From contig JAJRVF010000101.1 in assembly GCA_024277395.1 (NCBI GenBank), forward strand, positions 1 to 39,526: a stretch of 39,526 nt of DNA. The letters run 5' to 3'. Positions 27,738 through 36,102 of the stretch are shown here, in pieces (position 1 is the first letter of the stretch; every line of letters begins with the position of its first letter). The notes under the pieces are model-generated. The model made no database searches. It was not told where the DNA came from and saw nothing but the letters and a program-made list of their open reading frames with translations. Position numbers and translations under genes: made by a program. Source of the stretch: Campylobacterales bacterium (lineage in GTDB: Bacteria > Campylobacterota > Campylobacteria > Campylobacterales > Sulfurimonadaceae).

Positions 27738-28874
27738 TTGTTCTCATTTAACGGTAAAACCTTGTCACTTCATGCGAAAGTGCAGGGGGATACTGTTGCC
27801 ATTGTGATCAACGGCATGATGAATGTCAAAAGCATTGCCTCAATCGAACCGTTGCTTCAGCAGTTACTGACACATCCGCTCCCCTCAAAACGGTTTGAAT
27901 GGCACCTGCAGGAAGTGACGCACTTCGACAGTGCTGCCGCCCTTTTGCTTTATATGTTTGAGAAAAAAGCACGCTCATTGGGAGCTACATGTAAATTTTA
28001 TACTCAGACGCATCATCAAAACATCATTGATGCTGTTTATCATCGAAATTATGAGAGCGGCAGTGTGACTGATCATCGGCTTAATGCCGTTGCGGCGATT
28101 GGAAAAACAGCCGTTGCAAAATATCGTAGTTTTAAAGACTTTTTAGCATTTGTCGGAGAACTTTTTTCTGCACTGCTCATTTATATTCTCAATCCAAAAA
28201 GTATTCGTTTTAAAGAGATCTATTATGCTATTGAAGAGAGCAGCATTAATGCGTTGGGCATTATTGCGTTAACAACATTTCTTATTGGAGTGGTGTTGGC
28301 ATATCAATCGTCGGTGCAGCTGAAAATGTACGGTGCCAATATTTTTATTGTCGATATGCTGGGTATTTCGGTACTTCGTGAGCTGGCGCCGCTGATTGCG
28401 GCTATTGTCATTGCCGGACGCAGTGGTTCGGCTTTTGCGGCACAGATAGGGGTTATGAAAATCACCGAAGAGCTTGATGCCATGAAAACGATGGGGTTTG
28501 ACCCCTATCTGTTTTTAGTGCTGCCTCGTATTATTGCATTGATGATTATGATGCCGCTGATTATTTTTTTTGCGGATGTGATGGCCATGCTTGGCGGTAT
28601 GGTGGTTGCCAGTATTGAACTGGGTATTAGTGCCCAGCTCTTTTTGGACCGCTTTAATGAAGCCGTGGCAATGAAGCACTTTTTTATCGGTATTTCCAAA
28701 GGGCCATTTTTTGGCTTTCTTATTGCTGCTATTGGGATTTTTCGAGGGTTGATGGTAGAGAATGATACGCGAAGCATTGGAATTAACACGACCAAAAGTG
28801 TTGTTGAAGCTATTTTTATGGTCATTATCTGTGATGCGATCTTCTCTATTATTTACACGAATATAGGTATCTAA
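27738..28874 (+). CDS. mlaE: MlaE-family lipid ABC transporter permease with an N-terminal STAS-like extension
   Basis: The C-terminal ~260 aa is MlaE/YrbE-like (RELAPLIAAIVIAGRSGSAFAAQIGVMKITEELDAMKTMG). The N-terminal ~110 aa looks like an MlaB/STAS domain. TTG start. Confidence 0.8.
   Translation: MFSFNGKTLSLHAKVQGDTVAIVINGMMNVKSIASIEPLLQQLLTHPLPSKRFEWHLQEVTHFDSAAALLLYMFEKKARSLGATCKFYTQTHHQNIIDAVYHRNYESGSVTDHRLNAVAAIGKTAVAKYRSFKDFLAFVGELFSALLIYILNPKSIRFKEIYYAIEESSINALGIIALTTFLIGVVLAYQSSVQLKMYGANIFIVDMLGISVLRELAPLIAAIVIAGRSGSAFAAQIGVMKITEELDAMKTMGFDPYLFLVLPRIIALMIMMPLIIFFADVMAMLGGMVVASIELGISAQLFLDRFNEAVAMKHFFIGISKGPFFGFLIAAIGIFRGLMVENDTRSIGINTTKSVVEAIFMVIICDAIFSIIYTNIGI
27987..27994. repeat. 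Iterated palindrome copy 11 (cTACATGTAAAT)
   Basis: Inside the STAS-like part of mlaE, read as A-T-C-K. Confidence 0.9.
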
Positions 28875-28875
28875 G

Positions 28876-29616
28876 ATGCAGCATGTTATTGAAGCTAAAA
28901 ACATTGTCACACGTTTTGGTAAAAATGTTGTACATCAAGATCTTAATTTACATGTAAATCGCGGTGAAATCTATGGGCTGCTTGGACCTAGCGGATGTGG
29001 AAAAACGACGCTCATGAAAGAGATGGTACTGTTGCAGCATTTTCAGGGCGGAACAATGAAGGTCCTGGGGTGCGATCTTAATAACATAACGCATAAAAAA
29101 GCACAAGAACTGCGTCAGCAGTGGGGCGTACTTTTTCAGTTTGGTGCACTCTACTCTTCACTGAATATTTATGATAATATAGCACTGTCGTTACGAGAAT
29201 ATACGACAATCAGTGAAGCGCTTGTTGCGGAGATTGTTTCGTATAAATTGGATATTGTCGGTTTGGAACAGCGTGTTAAAGAGCAGTATCCTTCGCAGAT
29301 CAGTGGCGGTATGAGAAAAAAAGCAGGTTTGGCCCGAGCATTGGTGATGGATCCTCAGCTGCTTTTTTTGGATGAACCGACTTCAGGGTTAGACCCTATA
29401 TCGGCACGAGAATTTGATATGCTTATTCTACGATTACGAGAACGTTTTGATCTGAGTATTGTCATGGTCACGCATGATCTTGACTCCATTGAAGCGACAC
29501 TGGACCGTGCTGCTATACTTGATGAGAAAAGCGTGGTAGCCGAAGGTGATTTGAAGACGATAAAATCGACTAACAATGTTTTTATCAAGACCTTTTTTAA
29601 AGGAAGACAGCCATGA
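28876..29616 (+). CDS. mlaF: MlaF-like ABC transporter ATP-binding protein
   Basis: Walker A GPSGCGKTT, signature ISGGMRKKAGLARAL, Walker B LLFLDEPTSGLD. Confidence 0.88.
   Translation: MQHVIEAKNIVTRFGKNVVHQDLNLHVNRGEIYGLLGPSGCGKTTLMKEMVLLQHFQGGTMKVLGCDLNNITHKKAQELRQQWGVLFQFGALYSSLNIYDNIALSLREYTTISEALVAEIVSYKLDIVGLEQRVKEQYPSQISGGMRKKAGLARALVMDPQLLFLDEPTSGLDPISAREFDMLILRLRERFDLSIVMVTHDLDSIEATLDRAAILDEKSVVAEGDLKTIKSTNNVFIKTFFKGRQP
28946..28959. repeat. Iterated palindrome copy 12 (perfect 14-mer ATTTACATGTAAAT)
   Basis: Inside mlaF, read as L-H-V-N. Confidence 0.95.
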
Positions 29617-30572
29617 ACAACCGTGTCAATTATACGTTGGTAGGAACTGTCGTACTGCTACTGCTTGCGACATTCATCTTTTTTCTCTACTGGATGCTCA
29701 AACCGACGCAAAAAGAGGTGATGACACCGTATTATATTTACTTTACCGAATCCGTATCAGGACTCAATATCAACTCGGCAGTAAAGTTTCGTGGTATCAG
29801 TGTGGGGAAGGTGAAACGGATGCGAATTAATCCCAAAAACAGTGAAGAGATAGAAATACTCATACAGCTGCGTGAAGATACTCCTATTAAGGTTGATACT
29901 GTAGCAACACTGATGTCGCAAGGAATTACGGGCTTGAGTTATATTGATTTAAGCAAAGGGGGCAAAGATTCTGCGTTGCTTAAGCCCAAACGCGAAGGTG
30001 AGATAGCCGTTATTAAATCAGATAAATCACTGTTTGAGCGGATTGAGAATTCAGTGGACTCCATTGGAACCCGACTCTCTAAGACACTCTATCAGACAGA
30101 GAAGCTTTTAGGGGACAAGAATCAAGAAGAGCTCACCAATATTTTGGTACGTACCTCTAATGTTTTGGCTCAAATGGAGCGTGCACTTGATGACAACGCC
30201 GTTGAACATTTGCAGCAAACATTGCAAAGCAGTGCAAATATCACCCGTCGTATCGATCGTATGATGGAGCGTGTCGATGCTTTGGTTGCCAAAGGTATAG
30301 CGCTTGAAGAAGCTGTCAGTGACTCGATTGCATCGGTTGCTAGAGATTTTGAGGATATTGCCGTGACTATGGAGAGTTTTAGACGTAAGAATGAAGCGGG
30401 TGACTATAGCGTGAAAGATGCCATGCAAAAGCCGATGCAGCAGTTTGATATTGCTATGGTAGAGATGGAGCGCTTGATGATCAAGCTTGGTGCTTTTATA
30501 GAAAAAGTGCAGCGTAGCCCGTCTGATCTTCTTTTTGTAGAAGAAGAGACACAAAAAGGTCCAGGAGAGTAA
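29613..30572 (+). CDS. mlaD: MlaD/MCE-domain protein
   Basis: N-terminal TM anchor followed by an MCE domain (GLNINSAVKFRGISVGKVKRMRINP) and a long helical C-terminus. ATGA overlap with mlaF. Confidence 0.8.
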   Translation: MNNRVNYTLVGTVVLLLLATFIFFLYWMLKPTQKEVMTPYYIYFTESVSGLNINSAVKFRGISVGKVKRMRINPKNSEEIEILIQLREDTPIKVDTVATLMSQGITGLSYIDLSKGGKDSALLKPKREGEIAVIKSDKSLFERIENSVDSIGTRLSKTLYQTEKLLGDKNQEELTNILVRTSNVLAQMERALDDNAVEHLQQTLQSSANITRRIDRMMERVDALVAKGIALEEAVSDSIASVARDFEDIAVTMESFRRKNEAGDYSVKDAMQKPMQQFDIAMVEMERLMIKLGAFIEKVQRSPSDLLFVEEETQKGPGE

Positions 30573-30573
30573 G

Positions 30574-31188
30574 ATGCTTTATATGGTATGGATAATCATA
30601 GCAGTGGCAATGAGTGGATGCTCTATTGTCAAAACCGTACCAAGCAAAAGCGAATATCGTTTGGTGACGCCTGAAGTGGTGCAAAAGCATCATTCGGCAT
30701 GTCATCAAAGTACGCTTAAGCTTGAGCCGGTTCAAAGTGCCAATACCTTTTTGAATCGTCAAATATACTATGTGACGAATGATATTGAGGAGCATCACTA
30801 TACACAGTCGTTATGGGCACAAAGTCCCAACAGTATGATCGAACAGCTTATCAAGCAGGTTTTGATTGAGAGCAATATGTTTGCCAGCGTATTGGACTAC
30901 CGCAGCAATGCCGATACAACATGGCGGTACGAGGTGCGTCTTTTAGATTTTATGCAATATTTTGAGCACGACATGTCTTCTTACGTTAAGGTTTCTATGG
31001 ATTTTGTACTTATCAAAAATATCGGACGCCAGGTAGTAGCATCGAAACATATTGAGATGACACTGCCGACACAAAGTGCTGATGCCAGGGGAGGAGTACA
31101 AGCGCTGAACCGGCTGCTTTCACGTATTCTTGCCAAGAGCAATGCATGGCTTGAAACACAATGTCATTACAGTGAAGAAGGGGTATGA
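30574..31188 (+). CDS. ABC-type transport auxiliary lipoprotein (DUF330/PqiC-like)
   Basis: Lipobox AVAMSGC. About 200 aa. It lies directly after the MCE gene, as in C. jejuni Cj1646-Cj1649. Confidence 0.6.
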   Translation: MLYMVWIIIAVAMSGCSIVKTVPSKSEYRLVTPEVVQKHHSACHQSTLKLEPVQSANTFLNRQIYYVTNDIEEHHYTQSLWAQSPNSMIEQLIKQVLIESNMFASVLDYRSNADTTWRYEVRLLDFMQYFEHDMSSYVKVSMDFVLIKNIGRQVVASKHIEMTLPTQSADARGGVQALNRLLSRILAKSNAWLETQCHYSEEGV

Positions 31189-32513
31189 TGAAAATTGACG
31201 AAGCCCATTTTGCCAGGCGACGCAAGAGACTCTTAGAGCAGATAGATGAGGGAGTGATACTGATTCCTGCTGCAACATACTGCATTCGCTCCAACGATAC
31301 GGAGTATCCTTTCCGTCAAAACAGTCATTTTTACTATCTTTGCGGCTTTGAAGAAGAGGGTGCCCTCTTATGGTTGCAACGTACCAAAAAAGGGACAAAG
31401 CAGATACTTTTTGTCCAGAAAAAAGATGCAGCTCAAGAACTGTGGACGGGAACACGCTTGGGTGTTCCTGCTGCAAAAAAACGCTTTCGGGTCGATGCGG
31501 TTTATGACATGGAAAAATTTGATAAGCTACTCTTAAAGCGATTGCAAGGGGTGCATCATCTCTACATAGATCTCTACGGGAACAAAAAATTTTTACAGCA
31601 TGTTCACAGCTTGTGTGCCACTTTGCATAAAGATCGCAGTGTTAGGGTGTCACCGCAGAGTTTTTTACATGTAAATGGCTTGATTGAGAGGATGCGACTG
31701 ATTAAATCCGATGCGGAGATTGCTCGTATTGAAGAGGCGCTTCGTATTACCAAAGAGGCACATGAAAAGGTGATGCAAGCAGCAAGAAAAGGGATGATGG
31801 AGTATGAGCTTCAAGCGATCATTGAGCAGGTGTTTACAACACGTGGTGCCAAAAGTGATGCCTATACCGCCATTGTTGCCAGCGGTAATAATGCCAATAC
31901 CCTGCATTATGTGGCCAATGATGCCAAGCTGCGTCACGGTGATTTGGTTCTTATTGATGCAGGGTGTGAATATCAGATGTATGCAAGTGATATTACCCGT
32001 ACGTTTCCGGTATCAGGAACGTTTTCCCCGCCACAAAAAGCACTCTACGAGATGGTACTTCAGGTACAAACACATGTCATTAAAGCTATTCGTCCGGGCA
32101 TAAAGCGCTCAAAACTACAAAAATTATGTGAAACGAAACTCTGCGAGGGGATGATAGCGCTGGGTATTCTTAAAGGGCGATGTAAAACTGTACTTAAAAA
32201 AGGAGAACATAAAAAATATTTTCCTCACGGCGTAGGTCACTGGATGGGTATTGATGTACATGACCAAGCGCCATATTATGATGAAGAAGGCAAAGAACTC
32301 TGTTTGGAGTGTGGGATGGTGCTTACCGTTGAGCCGGGAATTTATATTGATAAAAACGATAAAAGCGTTCCAAAGAAATATCGTGGTATCGGGATTCGGA
32401 TTGAAGACAATATTGTCGTCACCGAAACAGGATATCGTAATCTCTCTAAGGATATTGCCAAACGGGTTGCAGAGGTTGAAGCACTATGTGTAGGAGTAAC
32501 TCCAACCGGTTAA
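31185..32513 (+). CDS. pepP: Xaa-Pro aminopeptidase
   Basis: N-terminal AMP_N domain (YPFRQNSHFYYLCGF) and an M24 catalytic domain (DLVLIDAG..., HGVGHWMGIDVHD, VLTVEPGIY, IRIEDN). Confidence 0.9.
   Translation: MMKIDEAHFARRRKRLLEQIDEGVILIPAATYCIRSNDTEYPFRQNSHFYYLCGFEEEGALLWLQRTKKGTKQILFVQKKDAAQELWTGTRLGVPAAKKRFRVDAVYDMEKFDKLLLKRLQGVHHLYIDLYGNKKFLQHVHSLCATLHKDRSVRVSPQSFLHVNGLIERMRLIKSDAEIARIEEALRITKEAHEKVMQAARKGMMEYELQAIIEQVFTTRGAKSDAYTAIVASGNNANTLHYVANDAKLRHGDLVLIDAGCEYQMYASDITRTFPVSGTFSPPQKALYEMVLQVQTHVIKAIRPGIKRSKLQKLCETKLCEGMIALGILKGRCKTVLKKGEHKKYFPHGVGHWMGIDVHDQAPYYDEEGKELCLECGMVLTVEPGIYIDKNDKSVPKKYRGIGIRIEDNIVVTETGYRNLSKDIAKRVAEVEALCVGVTPTG
31664..31675. repeat. Iterated palindrome copy 13 (perfect 12-mer TTTACATGTAAA)
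   Basis: Inside pepP, read as L-H-V-N. Confidence 0.95.
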
Positions 32514-32915
32514 ACCTTCATCACGAACTTCTTTAAATTGATCGGCATCGGCTTCAAAATCAAAAATATACATAGGAACATGAGGGATTTTTCGGTCATC
32601 TTTTTTATATAAATGCATGGGCATGAACGTGTCATGTTCTGTTTCTGCAAAAGCAACCGCATCAACACCGCTTGCAAGATCAATGACATTGGTAATGCCG
32701 TATTGTGAGCAGAATTTGGAAAATACTGCATCTTTGACCTCTTCAGGAAGTGTTTGCGGTGTGTTTAAAAAGATACTAAAGTGAATGGGTGCGGGAGAAT
32801 CATCACGTACCGATGGTTGCGCCATAATAATGTATTCAACACCCTCAAGATGTGTCTGAATTTCCTCAAGATGTAAATGCCGTGTAGCTTTGATTGCTTT
32901 ATTGTTAGAGTGCAA
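32484..32915 (-). CDS. Hypothetical protein (143 aa)
   Basis: The TTG start abuts the TAG stop of the upstream GGDEF-EAL gene. An alternative internal ATG gives MAQPSV... No domain recognised. The 3' end overlaps pepP convergently by 30 nt. Confidence 0.4.
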   Translation of the reverse strand: MHSNNKAIKATRHLHLEEIQTHLEGVEYIIMAQPSVRDDSPAPIHFSIFLNTPQTLPEEVKDAVFSKFCSQYGITNVIDLASGVDAVAFAETEHDTFMPMHLYKKDDRKIPHVPMYIFDFEADADQFKEVRDEGLTGWSYSYT

Positions 32916-34739
32916 CTAATATTCCTTTAATGTAAAGTCGGGTTCATCTAAAAAATATCCCTGTACAAATTCTGCACCGCTTTGTTGTGCATAGAGTAGC
33001 TCTTTTTCGCTTTGAATGGTTTTAACAACAACGTCAATATTCATATTTTTAGAGAGTTGTATGAGTTTATAGGTGTCATTATTGACCGTAATATAGTCAA
33101 GTTTGAGCATATCAGGTCCCAAATAGATAATCTCTTTGAAGTCGGTGGTTTCAATGTCAATATTGTCCAAAGCGATACGAACCTGAAAGGATTTGATGAG
33201 ATCAAGTTGTTCTTTAATACGCTCTTTGACAATCGTATTGTGGTGATTGAGTCCGTTGATCTCAATGCAGAGATAGGTTGCTATTGCTGGGGCATTACGC
33301 AACTCTTCTTGTAATGTTTTCATAAACGTATCATGACAGAGTGTTGTGATATGGATGTTAAGGTGCAGTGTGACATGATGCTTTTTAATCAATATGACAG
33401 CTTGTCGTAATATGAATGTATCAAGTGCTATGGCAATGGGGTCATTAATGATAAGATCAATAAAATGGCTGGCTCGAATAACGTCGTGTTCCGGTGTTAC
33501 AATACGGGCAAAAACTTCATAAGACCGGATACTCATATTGGTAGCATCATAGATGGGTTGAAACATGGCATGAATGCGATTTTCTTTAAGTGCCTCTTGC
33601 AACTCAAAAATAATACGGGATTTTTTACTGGAGTTAAAATTACCTTCTTCGGGACTGCTTAAGCTGTTCTTTTCAATTTTTTGAAGCTCGGCCTCCGCTT
33701 CGGCAATAGCTTCCTGCAGGGTTTTTTGCTCTTCGGGATGTCTGTTAATAACAATTTGCAAATCAATATTTATATAGAGTCCCTCGGCAATAATAGGCTG
33801 TTTGGAAATGGACTCAATAATACGTGATGCCAAAATATCGGCTTTTTCATCTTTTTTACGTTTGTAAAAGACAATGAAAGTAGCATCCTCAAAATGGACA
33901 AAAATATCTTGGCGTCGTGTAACACGTAAAATACGACTGGCCACCGATTGTAAAATAATATCGGTAATTTCATTATCATAGCGTGTTTTAATAGCCGTAA
34001 AATCGTTAATACGCAGTAAAATAATTTGATAATAATTGGCATCAAGAGTCTTCATGATTTCATGATAGTAGCGTCTGCTAAAGACCTGTGTGGTTGGATC
34101 AATCATACCGTCATCACGTTGACGATAGAGGAAGAAAAGCCGGATATAAGCAATAACCAAAAGAATAATCAGCAATAGGGTAATAGTAAAACTCAACTCG
34201 TTGAGCGGATTGATAATCTCTTCTATCTTCTGGAGCGGCTTGTCATTAATTTGAAGCAGGAAAAGTAGTGTTACCTCTGCCTCTTGAACCATGGGCAAAA
34301 CAAGATACTCGTTGTCATTGGTTGCAAAAACAGAGATTTTTTGCGTTGTGTAGCTTTGTAACAACTCTTTTTCTAAGTGTCTAACATCGGGTACATAAGC
34401 CCTCTTTGGTACGGTTGTGACGTTTTGAAAATGGTTTCCCTCTTTTTTAATCAGGGTGATAGCAGCAATGGTTTCAGACAAAAAAAGAGAAAGCACTTCA
34501 TGATTGCTTTGTTCTCTCTCTTTATTGCTTAAATACTGAGTACGGTCATTTTTCAGGTATCGTGCTACATTATAAAACTGTTTTTCTGTAGTAGCAAGAA
34601 AGTGTTTGTAGGTAATATTATGAAGCTTGGTCATGGTTGATGTGTAGTCTTGATAAACAAAAATTAACATTAACGCCATCGTTGGCAACAATACTAAAAA
34701 GATGACGGAAAACTTACCAAGTTTTAGTGGTGCTAACAT
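32916..34739 (-). CDS. Membrane-anchored signalling protein with degenerate GGDEF and EAL domains
   Basis: Two TM segments flank a periplasmic region of about 150 aa. The GGDEF-domain scaffold (DPTTQVFSRRYY...INDFTAIKTRYDNEITDIIL) carries HFEDATF in place of RxGGDEF. The EAL-domain scaffold (FQPIYDATNMSIRSYEVFARIV..., KLD, QGYF) has EVF for EAL, DNID for DDFG and lacks EGVE. Confidence 0.75.
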   Translation of the reverse strand: MLAPLKLGKFSVIFLVLLPTMALMLIFVYQDYTSTMTKLHNITYKHFLATTEKQFYNVARYLKNDRTQYLSNKEREQSNHEVLSLFLSETIAAITLIKKEGNHFQNVTTVPKRAYVPDVRHLEKELLQSYTTQKISVFATNDNEYLVLPMVQEAEVTLLFLLQINDKPLQKIEEIINPLNELSFTITLLLIILLVIAYIRLFFLYRQRDDGMIDPTTQVFSRRYYHEIMKTLDANYYQIILLRINDFTAIKTRYDNEITDIILQSVASRILRVTRRQDIFVHFEDATFIVFYKRKKDEKADILASRIIESISKQPIIAEGLYINIDLQIVINRHPEEQKTLQEAIAEAEAELQKIEKNSLSSPEEGNFNSSKKSRIIFELQEALKENRIHAMFQPIYDATNMSIRSYEVFARIVTPEHDVIRASHFIDLIINDPIAIALDTFILRQAVILIKKHHVTLHLNIHITTLCHDTFMKTLQEELRNAPAIATYLCIEINGLNHHNTIVKERIKEQLDLIKSFQVRIALDNIDIETTDFKEIIYLGPDMLKLDYITVNNDTYKLIQLSKNMNIDVVVKTIQSEKELLYAQQSGAEFVQGYFLDEPDFTLKEY

Positions 34740-34763
34740 AAGAAAACTTTACTTTTTAAGTAA

Positions 34764-35237
34764 TTATAACATACCCTTAACAACAGTAGTGATTCCTACA
34801 TGTAAATTATAGTGAGCAATAGGAAAATCATCATCTTTGTGTTCTAAATTGATCATATAGCCGCTTAAATAGGTTCCTAGTGTTTCCAATTCAATAGGTA
34901 TGTAAGTGCTACAGCGCGTTGTGCTGTAGTGTGTATTTTGAAGCTTGCGGGTCTCATTGCTCTCTTGAATGGTAAAAGCCAATAGTTTTAGCGATACCAA
35001 ATCACACCATTTTAAAAACAGTTCGGGTGTCAGTGAATCAGAAATATTCCCTTCAGGGGTAAACAGCAGTTGTTGCTCTCGTAAAGGTATCAGTACCGAT
35101 AAAACTGCAGTAACAAAAGGAACGGTTTTCTCCGCCCAGAAGGGAGCCTCGTCACTGCGAACCAATGCTTCAGCAATTGTAGTTACAATTTCCTCTGTTG
35201 TAGCGGTGTCAAGTTGTTGAGCCAAAGATGGTGACAT
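34764..35237 (-). CDS. Hypothetical protein (157 aa)
   Basis: ATG preceded by AAAGG. No domain recognised. First gene of the minus-strand cluster that contains the GGDEF-EAL gene. Confidence 0.45.
   Translation of the reverse strand: MSPSLAQQLDTATTEEIVTTIAEALVRSDEAPFWAEKTVPFVTAVLSVLIPLREQQLLFTPEGNISDSLTPELFLKWCDLVSLKLLAFTIQESNETRKLQNTHYSTTRCSTYIPIELETLGTYLSGYMINLEHKDDDFPIAHYNLHVGITTVVKGML
34797..34804. repeat. Iterated palindrome copy 14 (cTACATGTAAAT)
   Basis: Inside the 157-aa hypothetical gene (minus strand), read as L-H-V-G. Confidence 0.9.
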
Positions 35238-35279
35238 GGGGTTACCTTTGTAAAGATTTTGTGTTAATGTAGCACTTTT

Positions 35280-35287
35280 TGTATAAT
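35280..35287 (+). promoter_or_regulatory. Extended -10 box (TGTATAAT) for the DUF445 gene
   Basis: TGTATAAT lies 32 nt upstream of the ATG at 35319, with AAGG at 35308-35311. Confidence 0.4.
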
Positions 35288-35318
35288 GCGCACTTAAAAA
35301 AATACTCTAAGGTCTCGT

Positions 35319-36029
35319 ATGAACAAAAGTATTGTAACCAACCTGGTCGCTGTGTCAATTGTAGGACTTTCGCAAGTACCGGCACTAGAGAGTATGGCGA
35401 AACCGCTGCTTTTTTCCGGACTTTTTGCTCTTTCAGGTGCACTTACCAATCAGCTTGCCATTCATATGCTTTTTGAGAAGGTGCCTTTTTTGTATGGTTC
35501 GGGCATTATTCAGGAGCGTTTTGAGGCCTTTAAAGAGGCGATTAGAACGTTAATGATGACACAGTTTTTTACGAAAGCGCAGTTGGAGCAATTTTTTGAA
35601 GCTGAAGAGAAGAAGATAGCGTTGGCTCCCGTTGTAGAATCTACCGATTTTTCGCCGGCATTTGATGCTTTGTGCAAAACGGTTATGGAGTCGAGCCTTG
35701 GCAACATGCTCAACATGTTCGGCGGTGAGAATGCGTTAGAGCAACTACGCGATCCGTTTACGAGAAAAATGAAACGTGCTGTGATCAATATTGTACAGAG
35801 CAAAGCATTTGAGATGCAATTGTCACACCATCTTCAGAACTCCTCATTGAGCGTGGATCTGATTGACTCTATTTAGGAGATCATTCAAAAACGTCTGGAT
35901 GAGCTTACGCCGGTTATGGTTAAAGATATGGTGCATACGCTCATGCGTGAACATTTGGGATGGCTGGTAGTATGGGGCGGTGTCTTCGGCGGGCTCATTG
36001 GATGCTGTTCCGCTCTGCTGTTATCTTGA
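35319..36029 (+). pseudogene. DUF445-family membrane protein interrupted by one in-frame TAG (35874-35876)
   Basis: The N-terminal part has the DUF445 motif GALTNQLAIHMLFEKVP. After the TAG, the same frame stays open for 50 sense codons before the TGA at 36027-36029 and encodes EIIQKRLDELTPVMVKDMVHTLMREHLGWLVVWGGVFGGLIG..., the typical DUF445 C-terminus. That segment has no RBS or start of its own at its beginning. Confidence 0.65.
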
Positions 36030-36102
36030 TCGGATCGTTACGACTTTTGGCCGTTTTGTGGCATAATTGGCACATCTATTATAATACGTGAAAGGAGATG
36101 AC

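Noticed and set aside
29576-29830. 84-aa plus-strand ORF overlapping the mlaF/mlaD junction
   Set aside because: It is out of frame with both well-supported genes, which are already coupled by an ATGA overlap. The translation has no features.
36068-36085. TGGCAC-N5-TTAT resembling a sigma54 -24/-12 promoter upstream of the PAS gene
   Set aside because: The -12 element lacks the essential GC (TTAT instead of TTGC). The overlapping TATAAT is more simply read as a sigma70-type -10 box.
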